64,000 bases of DNA from an uncultured Acidobacteriota bacterium (GTDB lineage Bacteria; Acidobacteriota; UBA6911): positions 320,001 to 384,000 of the forward strand of contig CAWEJX010000006.1 of the NCBI GenBank assembly GCA_963809485.1, read 5' to 3'. Each line of letters starts with the position of its first letter. Position 1 is the first letter of the stretch. The position numbers and the translations under genes were made by a program. This document shows, piece by piece, positions 42,420 through 56,866 of this stretch. Under the pieces are notes generated by a model, which was not told the DNA's origin, ran no database searches, and saw nothing but the letters and a program-made list of their open reading frames with translations.

Positions 42420-44303
42420 ATGAACAATGAGGATCAATTATTAACTCTGGAAGATGTGGCTGATCGCCTGAAAATTTCGGTCAGTACTGTACGCAGATGG
42501 GTAAAATCTAATGAATTGCGGTCGATTAAGATAGGCAATCGTGGCCAATACCGCATTGGTTTGAGAGATCTCGAGGAATTCCTTGCCGAACAGGAGGCTC
42601 AACAGCCGGATACGACTACAGTGGCCACTCTCAAGCGCGGCAGAGAATGGCGGCAGGCCGTCGACTGGGCGCGTTCCCATACCAAATACATTGTGATCAC
42701 GGGGGGCGTCATCTCGGGTTTGGGCAAGGGTATCGCTGCTGCCTCCATCGGGAAGCTGCTCAATTCGCGTCTCATGATTGTCCCCATCAAGTGCGACGGG
42801 TACCTCAACACAGACCCGGGAACCATGAATCCGATCGAGCATGGCGAGGTTTTCGTCCTGGACGACGGCGGTGAAGTGGACATGGACTTCGGCCATTACG
42901 AACGCTTTCTGGGAGTGACCTGCCGGTTTGAGTGGAACCTGACCATGGGCAAGGTCTACAAAACAATCCTGGATCAGGAACGGGAGGGTTTTTATCTCGG
43001 CCAGACCGTACAGCTGATCCCGCACGTGACGGACGTGATCAAGGAATGGTTCTACGAAATTCCCGGGCGCCTGCAGGCGGACATCGGCCTGATCGAGATC
43101 GGCGGCACGGTCGGCGACATGGAGAATGAACTGTATCTGGAGGCGGTGCGGCAACTGCGCCAGGAAGTGGGCGAGGCGAACGTGCTGTTTGTCCACGTGA
43201 CTTACATCCCCGTTCCGGCTGGGGTGGAAGAGCAGAAATCCAAGCCGACGCAGCAGTCGGTCAAGCTGCTTAATGAGCGCGGCATCCGGCCGGACGTTAT
43301 CATCGGCCGCTGCAGCGAGCGGCTGACCGAGAAGATCAAGCAGAAGATCGCCCTTTTCTGCAACATCGACAAAACCGCCGTAATCTCCGGTCTCGATGTG
43401 CCGTCCGTGTACCAGATCCCGCTGGTTTTCGAAGAGGAAGGTTTGACCGAAATCGTCCACAAGCGGCTCACCATCTATTCGCCGCCGCAGTTGCTGGAAT
43501 GGCGCAACCTGGTCGACCGGCTTTTGTCGCCGACCGGGCCGGTGATCCGGGTGGCGATTTGCGGCAAATACACGAACCTGCACGATTCTTATGCCAGCGT
43601 GATCGAGGCGGTGCGGCACAGCGGGGCGCATATAGACGGCCAGGTGGAAATTGACTGGCTGGACACGGCGGAGCTGGAGCGAAACAGCGGTTCTTGCGCC
43701 GAATTCCTGCGCAAGGTGGACGCGGTCATTGTTCCCGGCGGCTTCGGCACTCGCGGCATCGAGGGCAAGATCCAGGTGATCCGCTACTGCCGCGAGAACG
43801 GCATCCCTTTTCTGGGCATCTGCTACGGCATGCAGCTGGCGGTTGTGGAATATGCCCGGCATGTGGTCGGTCTGCCGGGCGCACACACAACGGAAGCGGC
43901 CGAAGACGGTTTTGAAGTCGCCGATCCGGTGGTGTGCATCCTTCCCGAGCAGGTCGGAGTCACGCAGAAGGGGGGGACCATGCGATTGGGCGGCCACAAT
44001 ATCGTGCTCAAGGAGAATTCGCGCGCTGCCCGGCTTTATAAAAGCGGGAAAATCCGGGAGCGCTTCCGTCACCGCTACGAGGTTAATCCCGACTATGTGG
44101 CGCGCCTTGAAAAAGCCGGCATGGTGTTCTCGGGCCACGACCCTACCGGCACGATCATGCAGGTCATGGAGCTGCCGAATCATCCCTGTTTCCTGGCGTG
44201 TCAATTCCATCCCGAGCTGACCTCCAAGCTGGAGGAGCCGGCTCCGTTGTTCCGCGAGTTGATTCGCGTCGCTTTTGATAGAAAAAAAGTGCTTCCGGCT
44301 TAG
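42420..44303 (+). CDS. pyrG: CTP synthase with an N-terminal excisionase-like (HTH_17) DNA-binding domain
   Basis: Residues about 7-58, [38 protein letters not shown]...LEEFL, are in frame with [45 protein letters not shown] and QFHPE. Confidence 0.95.
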   Translation: MNNEDQLLTLEDVADRLKISVSTVRRWVKSNELRSIKIGNRGQYRIGLRDLEEFLAEQEAQQPDTTTVATLKRGREWRQAVDWARSHTKYIVITGGVISGLGKGIAAASIGKLLNSRLMIVPIKCDGYLNTDPGTMNPIEHGEVFVLDDGGEVDMDFGHYERFLGVTCRFEWNLTMGKVYKTILDQEREGFYLGQTVQLIPHVTDVIKEWFYEIPGRLQADIGLIEIGGTVGDMENELYLEAVRQLRQEVGEANVLFVHVTYIPVPAGVEEQKSKPTQQSVKLLNERGIRPDVIIGRCSERLTEKIKQKIALFCNIDKTAVISGLDVPSVYQIPLVFEEEGLTEIVHKRLTIYSPPQLLEWRNLVDRLLSPTGPVIRVAICGKYTNLHDSYASVIEAVRHSGAHIDGQVEIDWLDTAELERNSGSCAEFLRKVDAVIVPGGFGTRGIEGKIQVIRYCRENGIPFLGICYGMQLAVVEYARHVVGLPGAHTTEAAEDGFEVADPVVCILPEQVGVTQKGGTMRLGGHNIVLKENSRAARLYKSGKIRERFRHRYEVNPDYVARLEKAGMVFSGHDPTGTIMQVMELPNHPCFLACQFHPELTSKLEEPAPLFRELIRVAFDRKKVLPA

Positions 44304-44311
44304 GGGTACCG

Positions 44312-45445
44312 ATGCAAAAACGAATGCAGGCAATGCTGGCGCTGGCCGACGGCCGCGCCTTTTCCGGCTGGTCTGTGGGTGCGGCCGGCGAAACCCTGGG
44401 CGAGGTGGTTTTCAACACCTCTCTGATGGGCTACCAGGAGGTCCTCACCGATCCCTCGTACCGCGGGCAGATCGTGACCATGACCTACCCGTTGATCGGC
44501 AACTATGGGCTGAATGCCGAAGACGCGGAGGCAAACCGGGTTTTCCTGGCCGGCTTCATAGTGCGTGAGGACTGCCCGACTCCCAGCAGCTGGCGCAGCC
44601 GCACCAGCCTGCACCAGTACCTGTGTCGGCACGGCATTGCGGGCATCGCCGGCATAGACACGCGGGCCCTGACGCGCCACCTGCGCGAGCAGGGCGCCCA
44701 AACGGGCATCATTTCCACTCTGGACCTGAATCCGAAATCGCTGGCCCGGCGAGCCGCGCAGTATCCGACCCTGGACAACCGCGACCTCGTTCGGGAAGTC
44801 ACCTGCGCGGCGCCATACGGCTGGAGCCAGACAACCTGGTCCATGAACGCGGAGAGCATTCCTCCGGCCGCACAGGATGCCGGCAAATATTACGTGGTCG
44901 CATACGACTACGGAATCAAGCACAACATACTGCGCAACCTGGTGCGGGTCGGCTGCCGGGTGGAGGTTGTGCCGGCGTCGACGCCGGCCGCGTCCGTGCT
45001 GGCCAGGAATCCCGACGGCGTTTTCCTCAGCAACGGTCCGGGCGATCCCTCTGCCGTCGATTATGCCATTGCGGAGGTGAAGAAGCTTTTGGGCCGCAAG
45101 CCGGTCTTTGGCATCTGCCTGGGCCATCAGATTCTCTGCCTGGCTTTGGGCGGAAAGACATACAAACTCAAATACGGCCATCACGGCGGCAACCAGCCGG
45201 TGATGGACCTGACGACGCAGAAGGTGGAGATCACGGCCCAGAATCATGGCTATGCCGTCGACATCGATTCGATGGGCGGAGACGTGGTGTGCACACACCT
45301 GAACCTGAACGACCGGACGGTGGAGGGCATGGCCCACCGGCGGTTGCCGGTCTTCTCGGTGCAATATCACCCGGAGGCATCGCCCGGGCCGCACGATGCA
45401 AGCTACCTGTTTGCCCGGTTTGTGGACTTGATGAAGAACCGTTGA
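44312..45445 (+). CDS. carA: Carbamoyl-phosphate synthase small subunit
   Basis: [32 protein letters not shown] and [12 protein letters not shown] motifs. Confidence 0.97.
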   Translation: MQKRMQAMLALADGRAFSGWSVGAAGETLGEVVFNTSLMGYQEVLTDPSYRGQIVTMTYPLIGNYGLNAEDAEANRVFLAGFIVREDCPTPSSWRSRTSLHQYLCRHGIAGIAGIDTRALTRHLREQGAQTGIISTLDLNPKSLARRAAQYPTLDNRDLVREVTCAAPYGWSQTTWSMNAESIPPAAQDAGKYYVVAYDYGIKHNILRNLVRVGCRVEVVPASTPAASVLARNPDGVFLSNGPGDPSAVDYAIAEVKKLLGRKPVFGICLGHQILCLALGGKTYKLKYGHHGGNQPVMDLTTQKVEITAQNHGYAVDIDSMGGDVVCTHLNLNDRTVEGMAHRRLPVFSVQYHPEASPGPHDASYLFARFVDLMKNR

Positions 45446-45524
45446 TCTCCTCCGGGAAGAAAGATTCCACGGATATAAAAAGTTTGTTTGCATCCGCCTG
45501 TTCATGAAATGAACGGAGCCACAT

Positions 45525-48767
<3,243 letters not shown>

Positions 48768-48773
<6 letters not shown>

Positions 48774-48831
48774 CGAATTGCGATTGACGATTGGAAACAG
48801 ACAGTGTTGTTCAATCGTCAATCGTCAATTG
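48768..48831. repeat. Heptamer-based (ATTGACG)n palindrome, probable bidirectional terminator or REP
   Basis: aattgacgaattgcgattgacgattg...caatcgtcaatcgtcaatt between the convergent carB and porin genes. Confidence 0.65.
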
Positions 48832-48849
48832 TTATGCCTCGGCGGTCCT

Positions 48850-49620
48850 TCAAAAGGTAATGCCGTAATAGACGAAGAAATACCGGTTCCTGGCAGCGTT
48901 GCCTTCCTCCCAGCTGTCATTGCCGATGCTGTAGCCGGCATTCAACAATCCGTTTCGCGGGAGCACGATCGAGATGCCCGGCGTGAAATATCCGAACCCA
49001 TTCTTTCCGCTGAACCAGTCGGCCACAATGCTGACCGTTTTATTCGCCGGCTGCTCGTATCCCAGAATCACGCCTGCGCGCGGACCCAAAAAGCTCACCG
49101 GTCCTTCAGCGGGATCCTGGTTTGCGGACACAATGCCATACGGGCCGGCGTGAAAACGCGGGCCGTAATCCCCCGACTTAATCTTCTTGCTGACCAGGCC
49201 GTAGATCAGGCCCCAGCTGTCCTGGCCGCTGCGGTTGTTGAGGGGAGTGTTCAGCAGGCCGCCGACTGCCATGGCGACCCCGGCGTCTTCGCTACTGTAG
49301 AACTTCCACTTTGCATTGGGCTGAATGAATCCGCTGGTTGCGGAGTCACCGGAAAATCTTGTGTTGTAGAGCGGGAAGTTCACTCCGAATTCGAGGTTGG
49401 CGGGTCCGCCGATCACCGTTCGGGGATTGTAGAGGTATGTCCGGGAAACACCGGTCCCGGGCAACTGCATCAGAAAGTCGAATTCCGCATATACTTTGCC
49501 CTGGGCTGCGGTATCCGTAGTCGGGATATTGAAAATTGTGGACTGGGCCAGGGCATGGCCTCCGGACAAAACCGATATTATGACTGCCAATCCGAGCAAC
49601 ACTCTGCATATTTTCGCCAC
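48850..49620 (-). CDS. Putative outer-membrane beta-barrel (porin-like) protein
   Basis: GTG start at 49620 with a signal peptide (..GHALA-QS), alternating amphipathic strands and C-terminal YYGITF. Confidence 0.7.
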   Translation of the reverse strand: MAKICRVLLGLAVIISVLSGGHALAQSTIFNIPTTDTAAQGKVYAEFDFLMQLPGTGVSRTYLYNPRTVIGGPANLEFGVNFPLYNTRFSGDSATSGFIQPNAKWKFYSSEDAGVAMAVGGLLNTPLNNRSGQDSWGLIYGLVSKKIKSGDYGPRFHAGPYGIVSANQDPAEGPVSFLGPRAGVILGYEQPANKTVSIVADWFSGKNGFGYFTPGISIVLPRNGLLNAGYSIGNDSWEEGNAARNRYFFVYYGITF

Positions 49621-49763
49621 TGCAATCCGCCTTTCTTGAATGTGAGACATAGGTGTGTCCGGAAGCAGGATGAGCAAGGGGTTCAGCAGTCCCTTTATTC
49701 TCTTTGAGGGATGAATCCGCTCTGCAAATCGCCTCCCTCTCTCCCGGGCGCCGGATTTTCTTC

Positions 49764-49780
49764 TGCAAATTCCATTCCAG
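49764..49780 (-). promoter_or_regulatory. Putative sigma54 promoter for the porin-like gene
   Basis: CTGGAATGGAATTTGCA on the minus strand (GG-N10-GC). Confidence 0.5.
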
Positions 49781-50030
49781 TAGACAGCAGCCCGAAATGG
49801 GCGGCCGGTGCATCCCGTTCCCGATTTGAAGGATGGATGCCTTTTTCGACGACATGGAATGCGAAGATCAGACAAAGCATTTCTTGCTTTTATGTAGGGT
49901 ATTTCTATAAATAATACAAAAATGGAACTATTGATGCATCCCCTCGTGTTTCCCGGAGTCTTTGAATCCGTGCGGTGGATTTCAGGGCGGCCGCCCGGAA
50001 TTGGGCGCTTCCGCTCAAGATTCATTAGTC

Positions 50031-50072
50031 TACATATATGTATCAAAATATAGCCAAATCTACATTATTGTA
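50031..50072. promoter_or_regulatory. Tandem enhancer-like palindromes upstream of amtB
   Basis: TACATATATGTA (50031-50042) and TACATTATTGTA (50061-50072), 30 bp apart. Confidence 0.68.
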
Positions 50073-50186
50073 GCATGCTTTTTGTTGCTTCCCTCCTGTC
50101 CGCTCGCCCGACTTCTGCGAGGTAAACATTTGTTAATGGGCATTTTATGGTGCCTGCGGGGAAGAAATGGCAGTTGCCTTCGCAGG

Positions 50187-50203
50187 TTGGCATGCCTATT
50201 GCA
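50187..50203 (+). promoter_or_regulatory. Sigma54 (-24/-12) promoter for amtB-glnB
   Basis: TTGGCATGCCTATTGCA, near-consensus, about 35 bp before the ATG. Confidence 0.8.
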
Positions 50204-50236
50204 GTGAAAGCATCGCTGAAAGGAGAAACGAAGACA

Positions 50237-51565
50237 ATGAAGTCAAAAATGCTTACCATACTGGCGATTGCACTTGTTCTGACCGTGATCCTGACCTACC
50301 TGGCCAGTTCGGGCAGGATTGCACCGAGCGGAGATGTCGGCAAGCTGAATGCCGCGGACTCGGCATGGGTTTCCGTGGCTGCAGCCCTGGTGATGCTTAT
50401 GACGCCGGCATTGGGATTTTTTTACGGCGGCCTCGTGCGGCAAAAGAATGTGGTTTCCACCATTATGCAGTGTGTCATCATTTTCGCCATTTCAACCGGT
50501 GTCTGGACCCTGTGGGGCTACAGTCTGGCCTTTGCGCCGACCCAGGGCGGTTTTATCGGCGGATTGAAATATGCTTTTCTTCACGGGGTCGGCGCTGCGC
50601 CGGATGAAGCCTATGCCGCAACGATACCCGGGTCGCTGTTTTACTTCTTCCAGCTGAAATTCGCCGCGATCACTCCGGCGCTCATCATCGGCGCCTTCGC
50701 CGAACGCATACGTTTCCGGTCGCTGATCGTGTTCGTCGTCCTGTGGACGACCGTCGTCTATGCGCCGGCGGCGCATTGGGTTTGGGGCGTAGGCGGCTGG
50801 TTGCGCAATATGGGGGCTCTGGATTTCGCCGGCGGAACGGTTGTGCACGTGCTGGCGGGGGTTTCCGCGCTCGGGTCGGCCATGGTCATCGGCCCGCGCC
50901 ATAAAGGCGCCCATGGAGCGCGTCCCAGCAATGTTCCTTTCGTTATACTCGGCGCGGCGCTGCTCTGGTTCGGCTGGTTCGGCTTCAACGCCGGCAGCGC
51001 CCTGGCCATGAACGGCGTGGCCGTGAATGCCCTGGTTACGACCAATATTGCGGCCGCGTTTGCGGCCCTGAGCTGGATGGCCGTGGACTGGACCCTTTGG
51101 GGCAAGCCTTCGGCAACCGGCGCTGCCACAGGCGCGGTGTGCGGATTGGTGGCGATTACGCCGGCCGCAGGCTATGTCGACTCGACGGCGGCCGTCATTA
51201 TCGGCCTTCTTGTCGGAATGATCTGCAGTTTCGCCGTCGTGTTGCTGGATCGCACCAAACTGGACGACACGCTGGATGTCTTTGCCTGCCATGGCATGGG
51301 AGGAATTTTCGGCGCCATCGCGACCGGATTTTTCGCTCAAAAATTCATCAATCCCGCCGGAGCGGACGGGTTGCTTTACGGCAACCCGAAGCAGGTCCTG
51401 ATCCAGATTGCCGCGGTCGCAGCCACAGCGATTTGGGGATTCGTGATGTCCATCGTGCTGCTCAAGATCATTGACCGGATCATGGGTCTTCGGGTTACGG
51501 CCGAGGAGGAAGAGGTGGGTCTGGATCTTTCACAGCACGGAGAGAGCGCTTACAGCGCCGATTAA
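50237..51565 (+). CDS. amtB: Ammonium transporter
   Basis: LVMLMTPALGFFYGG, FQLKFA, DFAGGTVVH, LWFGWFGFNAGS and DDTLDVFACHG motifs; RBS AGGAG. Confidence 0.96.
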   Translation: MKSKMLTILAIALVLTVILTYLASSGRIAPSGDVGKLNAADSAWVSVAAALVMLMTPALGFFYGGLVRQKNVVSTIMQCVIIFAISTGVWTLWGYSLAFAPTQGGFIGGLKYAFLHGVGAAPDEAYAATIPGSLFYFFQLKFAAITPALIIGAFAERIRFRSLIVFVVLWTTVVYAPAAHWVWGVGGWLRNMGALDFAGGTVVHVLAGVSALGSAMVIGPRHKGAHGARPSNVPFVILGAALLWFGWFGFNAGSALAMNGVAVNALVTTNIAAAFAALSWMAVDWTLWGKPSATGAATGAVCGLVAITPAAGYVDSTAAVIIGLLVGMICSFAVVLLDRTKLDDTLDVFACHGMGGIFGAIATGFFAQKFINPAGADGLLYGNPKQVLIQIAAVAATAIWGFVMSIVLLKIIDRIMGLRVTAEEEEVGLDLSQHGESAYSAD

Positions 51566-51654
51566 GGATTGTGGTATCGCACCGGTGTCAACGAATCAAT
51601 GAATGACGCCCAAAGCGCAAATATCGAACCAGGGTTTAATTGAGGAACAACATC

Positions 51655-51993
51655 ATGAAACTGATTCTGTCGATCATACGGCCTCATCGCCTTCAGGATG
51701 TAAAAGAAGCACTCTCACAAATCGGAGTCGCCGGGCTGACGGTGACGGATGTGCGGGGAGCAGGCAGGCAGAAGGGCCAGGTAGAGCGATATCGCGGTTC
51801 GGAATACAGCATCGATCTTCTGGCAAAATGCAAGATCGAGGTTGCCGTCACCGATGACCAGTGCGAAGAGGTTATCCAGGCGATACGAAAAAGCGCCTAT
51901 TCGGGGGAAATTGGAGACGGCAAGATTTTCATACTTCCGCTCCAGGATGCCATGCGCATTCGCACCGGTGAAAGGGGAGAAGACTCCCTCTAG
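51655..51993 (+). CDS. glnB: P-II family nitrogen regulator (GlnB/GlnK)
   Basis: G.GRQKG..E.YRGSEY T-loop with the uridylylation-site Tyr; GEIGDGKIF and RIRTGE motifs. Confidence 0.93.
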   Translation: MKLILSIIRPHRLQDVKEALSQIGVAGLTVTDVRGAGRQKGQVERYRGSEYSIDLLAKCKIEVAVTDDQCEEVIQAIRKSAYSGEIGDGKIFILPLQDAMRIRTGERGEDSL

Positions 51994-52060
51994 CCGGGAC
52001 GAGGGCTCTCTGTGCCCGGACCCTGATCCGTAATTGGATTTTTCGTGAGGACAGGTCTCC

Positions 52061-52119
52061 AGGGACCGTCTCAAAACTACTTTCGCAAGATCCTCGCCGG
52101 CAGTTTTGAGACAGTCTCT
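52061..52119. repeat. Inverted-repeat element (IS-end/MITE-like hairpin) between glnB and glnD
   Basis: AGGGACCGTCTCAAAACT (52061-52078) versus AGTTTTGAGACAGTCTCT (52102-52119), 16/18 complementary. Confidence 0.6.
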
Positions 52120-52180
52120 CCAGACCCGTTCGGCTAACGGTACCTTTCAAGGCTGAACGGGCGCGTGCTTCCGGACTGCC

Positions 52181-54752
52181 ATGAATAAAAAAATCGAGCT
52201 GCTTCAGCACAAATTCCGTGAAGGGCGGTCGGAATTGTTCCGCCACGTGACATGGAATGCGCCGTGCCATGTTCTGCTCGAGGCCCACGCATCGCTCGTC
52301 GATGGACTTGTACATGAAATCTACCAAATCTCCTGCGAGGCCGCGGACCGCAAGACTGCCCGTTCATCAAATTCGGGTCTGGCCATCGTGGCCACCGGCA
52401 GCTACGGAAGAAGGGAGCTGAATCCCTATTCCGACATCGACATCGCCTTCATCCCATCGGAGGAGGAGGATCCCTGGGTTGAGGCCCTGGTACACACGGC
52501 CTTCAGACTGGTTATGGATGTATTCCTCTCTCTTCGCGATGTCCATGTGGGGTATTCGTTCCGACCTGTGGCCGAGGCAAGCGCGTGGGACGTGCCAACC
52601 AAAACGGCCCTTCTTGATCTGCGGCACATTTGTGGGGACCGCCCCCTGGCGGACAGGCTGGCGAGTCGGATCCTTGGGGTGCTGTCGCCTTTGGACCTCA
52701 TGCTCGAATCCCGGCCCGCAGGCGGGCCGCAACAAAATTCGCGCCCCTGCCTCTATTCGGTGGAACCCAATCTGAAAGAGGGGCCGGGTTCACTGCGGGA
52801 CCTGCATCGTGCCCGATGGATATTCAGACTGCTTCCTGCATCGAATAACCTTAAGCTCGACCAGGCGCTCGAGGACCGCGCAGGCATATCAAAACAGCAG
52901 CTTGCAGAAGTCCGTGATGCCGCGGAGTGGTTCTGGCGCGCCCGGACCTGGCTCCATCTTGCTGCCGGCAGGCTTTCGGATGTGCTGATCACGAACTATC
53001 AGGACCGGATCGCGCGCGAATTGGATGGCTGTACGGCCCAGGAGTGGCTTTCGCGCCATCTGGCCCATTCCGAAACGTTGGCCAGGTTTCGGGAAACGGC
53101 GGTGCGAGCATTGCTTCAAGGCCCGCTGACGGTGAATGGATCTGTTTTGGAAAATGGGTCCCTTCACCTGCAGGAAAAATTCTCCGTATCCGGCGCATGC
53201 AACAGGCATGTTCCTTGTTGCGCAGCGCTATTCGCTCCCCGTGAGCCTGAAGGACCTGAATCGACTGGAGGAAGAGAGAGCCAGTGCCCTGAGAATCCAG
53301 GAACCTTCCCGTGAAGAGGTCCGGGCATTCAATCAGATCCTTGGTGAGAGCCATGGGATTTCTTCTACGCTGCGGCTGCTGTCGAGGTTTGGAATCCTGG
53401 ATCGGTTCATTCCGAACTATTCGGAAGTCATGCGCTTCGTGCCTCCGGATCCCGCCCACCGTCATACTGTGGGTGAGCATTCGATGCGCATTGTCGAACA
53501 CCTCGAAAACCTTCGGGCGGGGCGGGATCCGGCAGGGCAGCGCTTCTCGGACTTGCTCGGCGAGTGTGCGCATTTCGATATGCTTTGCCTGGCCGCATTG
53601 CTTCACGATGCCGGGAAACTGGTGCCGGCAAAGGATCACTGCCGCGCCGGCGCAGAGCTGGCAAATTCGGTTTCGGCCAGACTGAATCTCGCTCCCGAAA
53701 AGCAGGAGATCCTCGAAATCCTGGTTCGTCAGCACCTGCTGCTCGTCCGCACGGCAAGGCTTCACGATCTGAAATCGACCCACGTCATCCGGAAGGCGGC
53801 GGCGCAGGTGCCCAGTCTCGAGGCATTGCGGCATCTCTATGTCTTCACGTATGTCGACAACGGCGCGGTGGCCGAAAACAACTGGACCTCGATGGATCTG
53901 AGAGACCTGGAGGACCTTTACGGGAAATTGAAGGATTATGTCGCACGCCGCTCCGATGAAGCTCCCGATTTGAATGGACAGGAGGATCGGAGCGTCTCGA
54001 TCCGCAAAAAACTGACCGCACTTCAGGCCCGGAATGAAACCGCCGTTCTGAAGCACTGCGATGCAATGCCGGCCGGTTATGTTCTCAACACCCCTTTGGA
54101 AGAGATCGCCTTCCATCTGCAGCTTCTGGACAGGCTCGAAACTGAAGGTGTTGTGTTTGACTTCTACAATCGGCCGGGGGATGACTACTCAGAACTCACC
54201 GTCTGCACGCTGGATGATCCAAGGCCCGGCATGCTGGCAAAAATTGCAGGGGTTCTCTATGGATGCAATGTGGATATTCACAAAGCCCAGGCTTTCACCA
54301 TCCGGAAACAGAAGCCCGTAGTTCTGGATACGCTCTGGATCCGATCCAATGGGATGCAGATTTCAGAAAGCAAAGCCCGGAGAATCCGGTCCGCGCTCAA
54401 AGAAGTCCTGACAGGCGCCAAAACCATCGATAATTTTCTCAAGCTGGCGGGAAAGACGCCGCCCGGCGGCATTGTGCTGGATGCCATCGATCTGCACAAC
54501 GATCTTTCTGAAGAGCACACGGTGGTCCACATCGTGGCGCACGACCTGCAGGGCCTCCTCTATTTAATGACGCGAAGCCTGTCGCGTTGCGGGCTGGATA
54601 TCCATTCTGCCAAAATCACCACGTGGAACGCGCGCGCCGAAAACAACTTTTACGTCACATCAATCACCGGCGGTCAGATACCCGATGAAGATTTGCAGGC
54701 ATGGACCAACACGCTTGCCCGGGTATTGAGGGGCGATGCCTTTGGAGCCTGA
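52181..54752 (+). CDS. glnD: [Protein-PII] uridylyltransferase/uridylyl-removing enzyme, frameshift near 53190
   Basis: ATGSYGRRELNPYSDIDI NTase motif, EPNLKEGPGSLRD, HRHTVGEH...LLHDAGK HD domain and two ACT domains. Confidence 0.88.
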
Positions 54753-54959
54753 ATCGTCGGCAGTTTCAAATCTTCTGGGTATTGTCGTTTGTGATTTGGG
54801 CAATCAAAGCCCTCATCGTCATTGTGCTCTATCGCCAAGGCGTCCATGCTTGAAAACCTGGAGATCAAGAACCACATTCGGCGGCTGCGGTTTGATACAA
54901 GCTATTTGCGACGGCAATGATGTAGAATAAACAAAACCCGAAAAATCAGGAGGCAAAGA

Positions 54960-55940
54960 ATGGCGGAATTCAAACCAAACTACATCATCACAGAGATGAA
55001 GAAGAACGTCGTGCTGGCCTGGGGGCGTCCGAACACACCTCTCGATGAATATATCCCCGGCCAGAATCGATCTATGGAGCACGTGCTATATATAGACGGC
55101 GATGTGGAACCCGGCACTTTTTACTCCGAGTGCCTCTGGTTTCTTTCACCGGATAAGGTCCACCCCGAGGCTGCAAGGAAGAATGCCGAAATGATGAAAA
55201 CCCTGAAGCCCGGGCAAAAAATCGGGCCGCAGCCGCATATTCATCCGTTTGACGAGATTTTTACCTTTTTCGGCAGCAATTTTGACGATCCTTCCGACCT
55301 GTGCGGTGAAATGGAGTTCTGGCTGGAAGACCAGCCGGTGACCTTCAACAAAAGCTGTATTGTTTATATCCCTGCCGGATTGAAGCATTGCCCGCTGAAT
55401 ACGAAGAGGATGGACAAGCCGCTCTTTCACTTCAGCATGGGATACACTTCTTCGTATGACCACACCGTGCTCCAGGATAAGGGCGGGAAATTCGCGGGCG
55501 AAAAGGACATGCTCAAGTATTTTGTCTTTCAGGACAAGGCGGACCGGAAAACTCCCGCTTACAGGCACAAAATCCCGGAAGGCTTTATAACCCGCGTAGC
55601 GCATCTTGACGCCGAGACTGTCCCGTGCTCCGAATTTCATGCTGAAACATCGTGGATATGGCCTCCGGAAAGGTCCGGGCTCAAAGAACAGGATGTTTGT
55701 TTTGTCGACAAACACAAGCATTCCTTCTCGGAAGTCATTGCATTTTTCGGGAGCGACCTCGATGACATCCACAACCTTCACGGAGAAGTGGAACTTTGGG
55801 TGGAAGGGAAGCCTTATAGCATAAAGAAGAGCTTCGCCGCGATCATTCCGGAAGGCGTGGAGCACGGGCCGCTGACGATCCGGAACGTCAAAAAGCCCAT
55901 TTTCCACTATACCGTCGGTCGCGCAAAATTGTACGCGTAG
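54960..55940 (+). CDS. Hypothetical protein with two tandem cupin-like domains
   Basis: Internal duplication: PHIHPFDEIFTFFGSN..DL.GE.EFW..IPAGLKHCPL and KHKHSFSEVIAFFGSD..NL.GEVELW..IPEGVEHGPL. Confidence 0.72.
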   Translation: MAEFKPNYIITEMKKNVVLAWGRPNTPLDEYIPGQNRSMEHVLYIDGDVEPGTFYSECLWFLSPDKVHPEAARKNAEMMKTLKPGQKIGPQPHIHPFDEIFTFFGSNFDDPSDLCGEMEFWLEDQPVTFNKSCIVYIPAGLKHCPLNTKRMDKPLFHFSMGYTSSYDHTVLQDKGGKFAGEKDMLKYFVFQDKADRKTPAYRHKIPEGFITRVAHLDAETVPCSEFHAETSWIWPPERSGLKEQDVCFVDKHKHSFSEVIAFFGSDLDDIHNLHGEVELWVEGKPYSIKKSFAAIIPEGVEHGPLTIRNVKKPIFHYTVGRAKLYA

Positions 55941-56115
55941 CTTCTCGGACGCCTGCTCATCCGCAATGATTTTTGGCGAGGATGGCCCGGAGAGGCTACC
56001 TCAAAGCTTGCGAGGGTGGCCGGAAGGCCGCCCCCAAAAAAACGAACGAGCGTAGTTTCGCACTCATGCGAACCGCTTCTATGCAAAATCCTGCCGGAAG
56101 CGCCGCGGAAACCCG

Positions 56116-56433
56116 TTACTCTATCGTCACCGCCGTACCGCTGGCGCTCACCATCAGCATGGTGCCCTTGCCGATCGTTTCATAGTCCAGGTCGACGCCG
56201 ACGATTGCATTGGCGCCCATCGCCTGTGCCTGCGCCCCCATCTCCTCGACCGCGATACTTTTGGCTTTGCGCAATTCATTTTCGTAGGATGCCGAACGGC
56301 CGCCGACGATATCCCGGATCCCCGCAAAGAAATCCCTGAAAATATTTGCGCCCAGGATGGCCTCGCCGCTTACGAGCCCGTGATATTTGAGAATCTTTTT
56401 CCCTTCGATTGAGGGCGTCGTTACTGTGAGCAT
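56116..56433 (-). CDS. YbjQ/UPF0145 family protein
   Basis: [31 protein letters not shown] and [11 protein letters not shown] motifs. Confidence 0.92.
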   Translation of the reverse strand: MLTVTTPSIEGKKILKYHGLVSGEAILGANIFRDFFAGIRDIVGGRSASYENELRKAKSIAVEEMGAQAQAMGANAIVGVDLDYETIGKGTMLMVSASGTAVTIE

Positions 56434-56866
56434 TGTCTCTTCCTTTCAGGTTATCTGGCTAATGTAGCACCCGGAACAGAGTATCACGACTCTATCCGTA
56501 ATCCGGCCGAAGAATGCAGCGAGGTGTTCGGACAGGCGCTTCAACAGGCAATGCCAGGTGCAAAACGATTGTCAATCCAGCCAGCTGAAAGACTCAGCCC
56601 TGTGGATAAAGCTACGGGCATTATATACATCGACACCGTGAAGTGTGACGGAAAGGTGTGTAGCTCTGCGGTGAAGCCTGGTGTGGCTTTTGCGGCAGTA
56701 GCAGCTCTGAAAGCAGCGGGAAGGGAAACATCCTGTCCCGGAAGCCGGGCACAAACAGTTTTGGGCTTATGACCATGATAACAATCGTCCTTGTCTCCAT
56801 CGACCTTGACTGCGTCCGCTTACAGGGCTATTTTGACGGGACGATTCGCTTCCGGAGATATTTTAC

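Noticed and set aside
42420-42620. Prophage or integrative element suggested by the excisionase-like domain
   Set aside because: There is no integrase, att site or phage gene nearby, and the domain is fused in frame to PyrG.
50138-50154. NtrC-like box GGCATTTTATGGTGCC upstream of amtB
   Set aside because: The spacing is one base short of the NtrC consensus, it is too close to the -24 element, and it is not repeated at glnA.
56500-56860. Possible cobalamin riboswitch upstream of the BtuB-like receptor
   Set aside because: Only scattered fragments are present (GGTGCAAA, GGGAAG, AAGCCGG). The core GGGAA..GGTG..AATCC..CCCGC.ACTGT and the B12 box are not seen in order. An Infernal scan would settle it.
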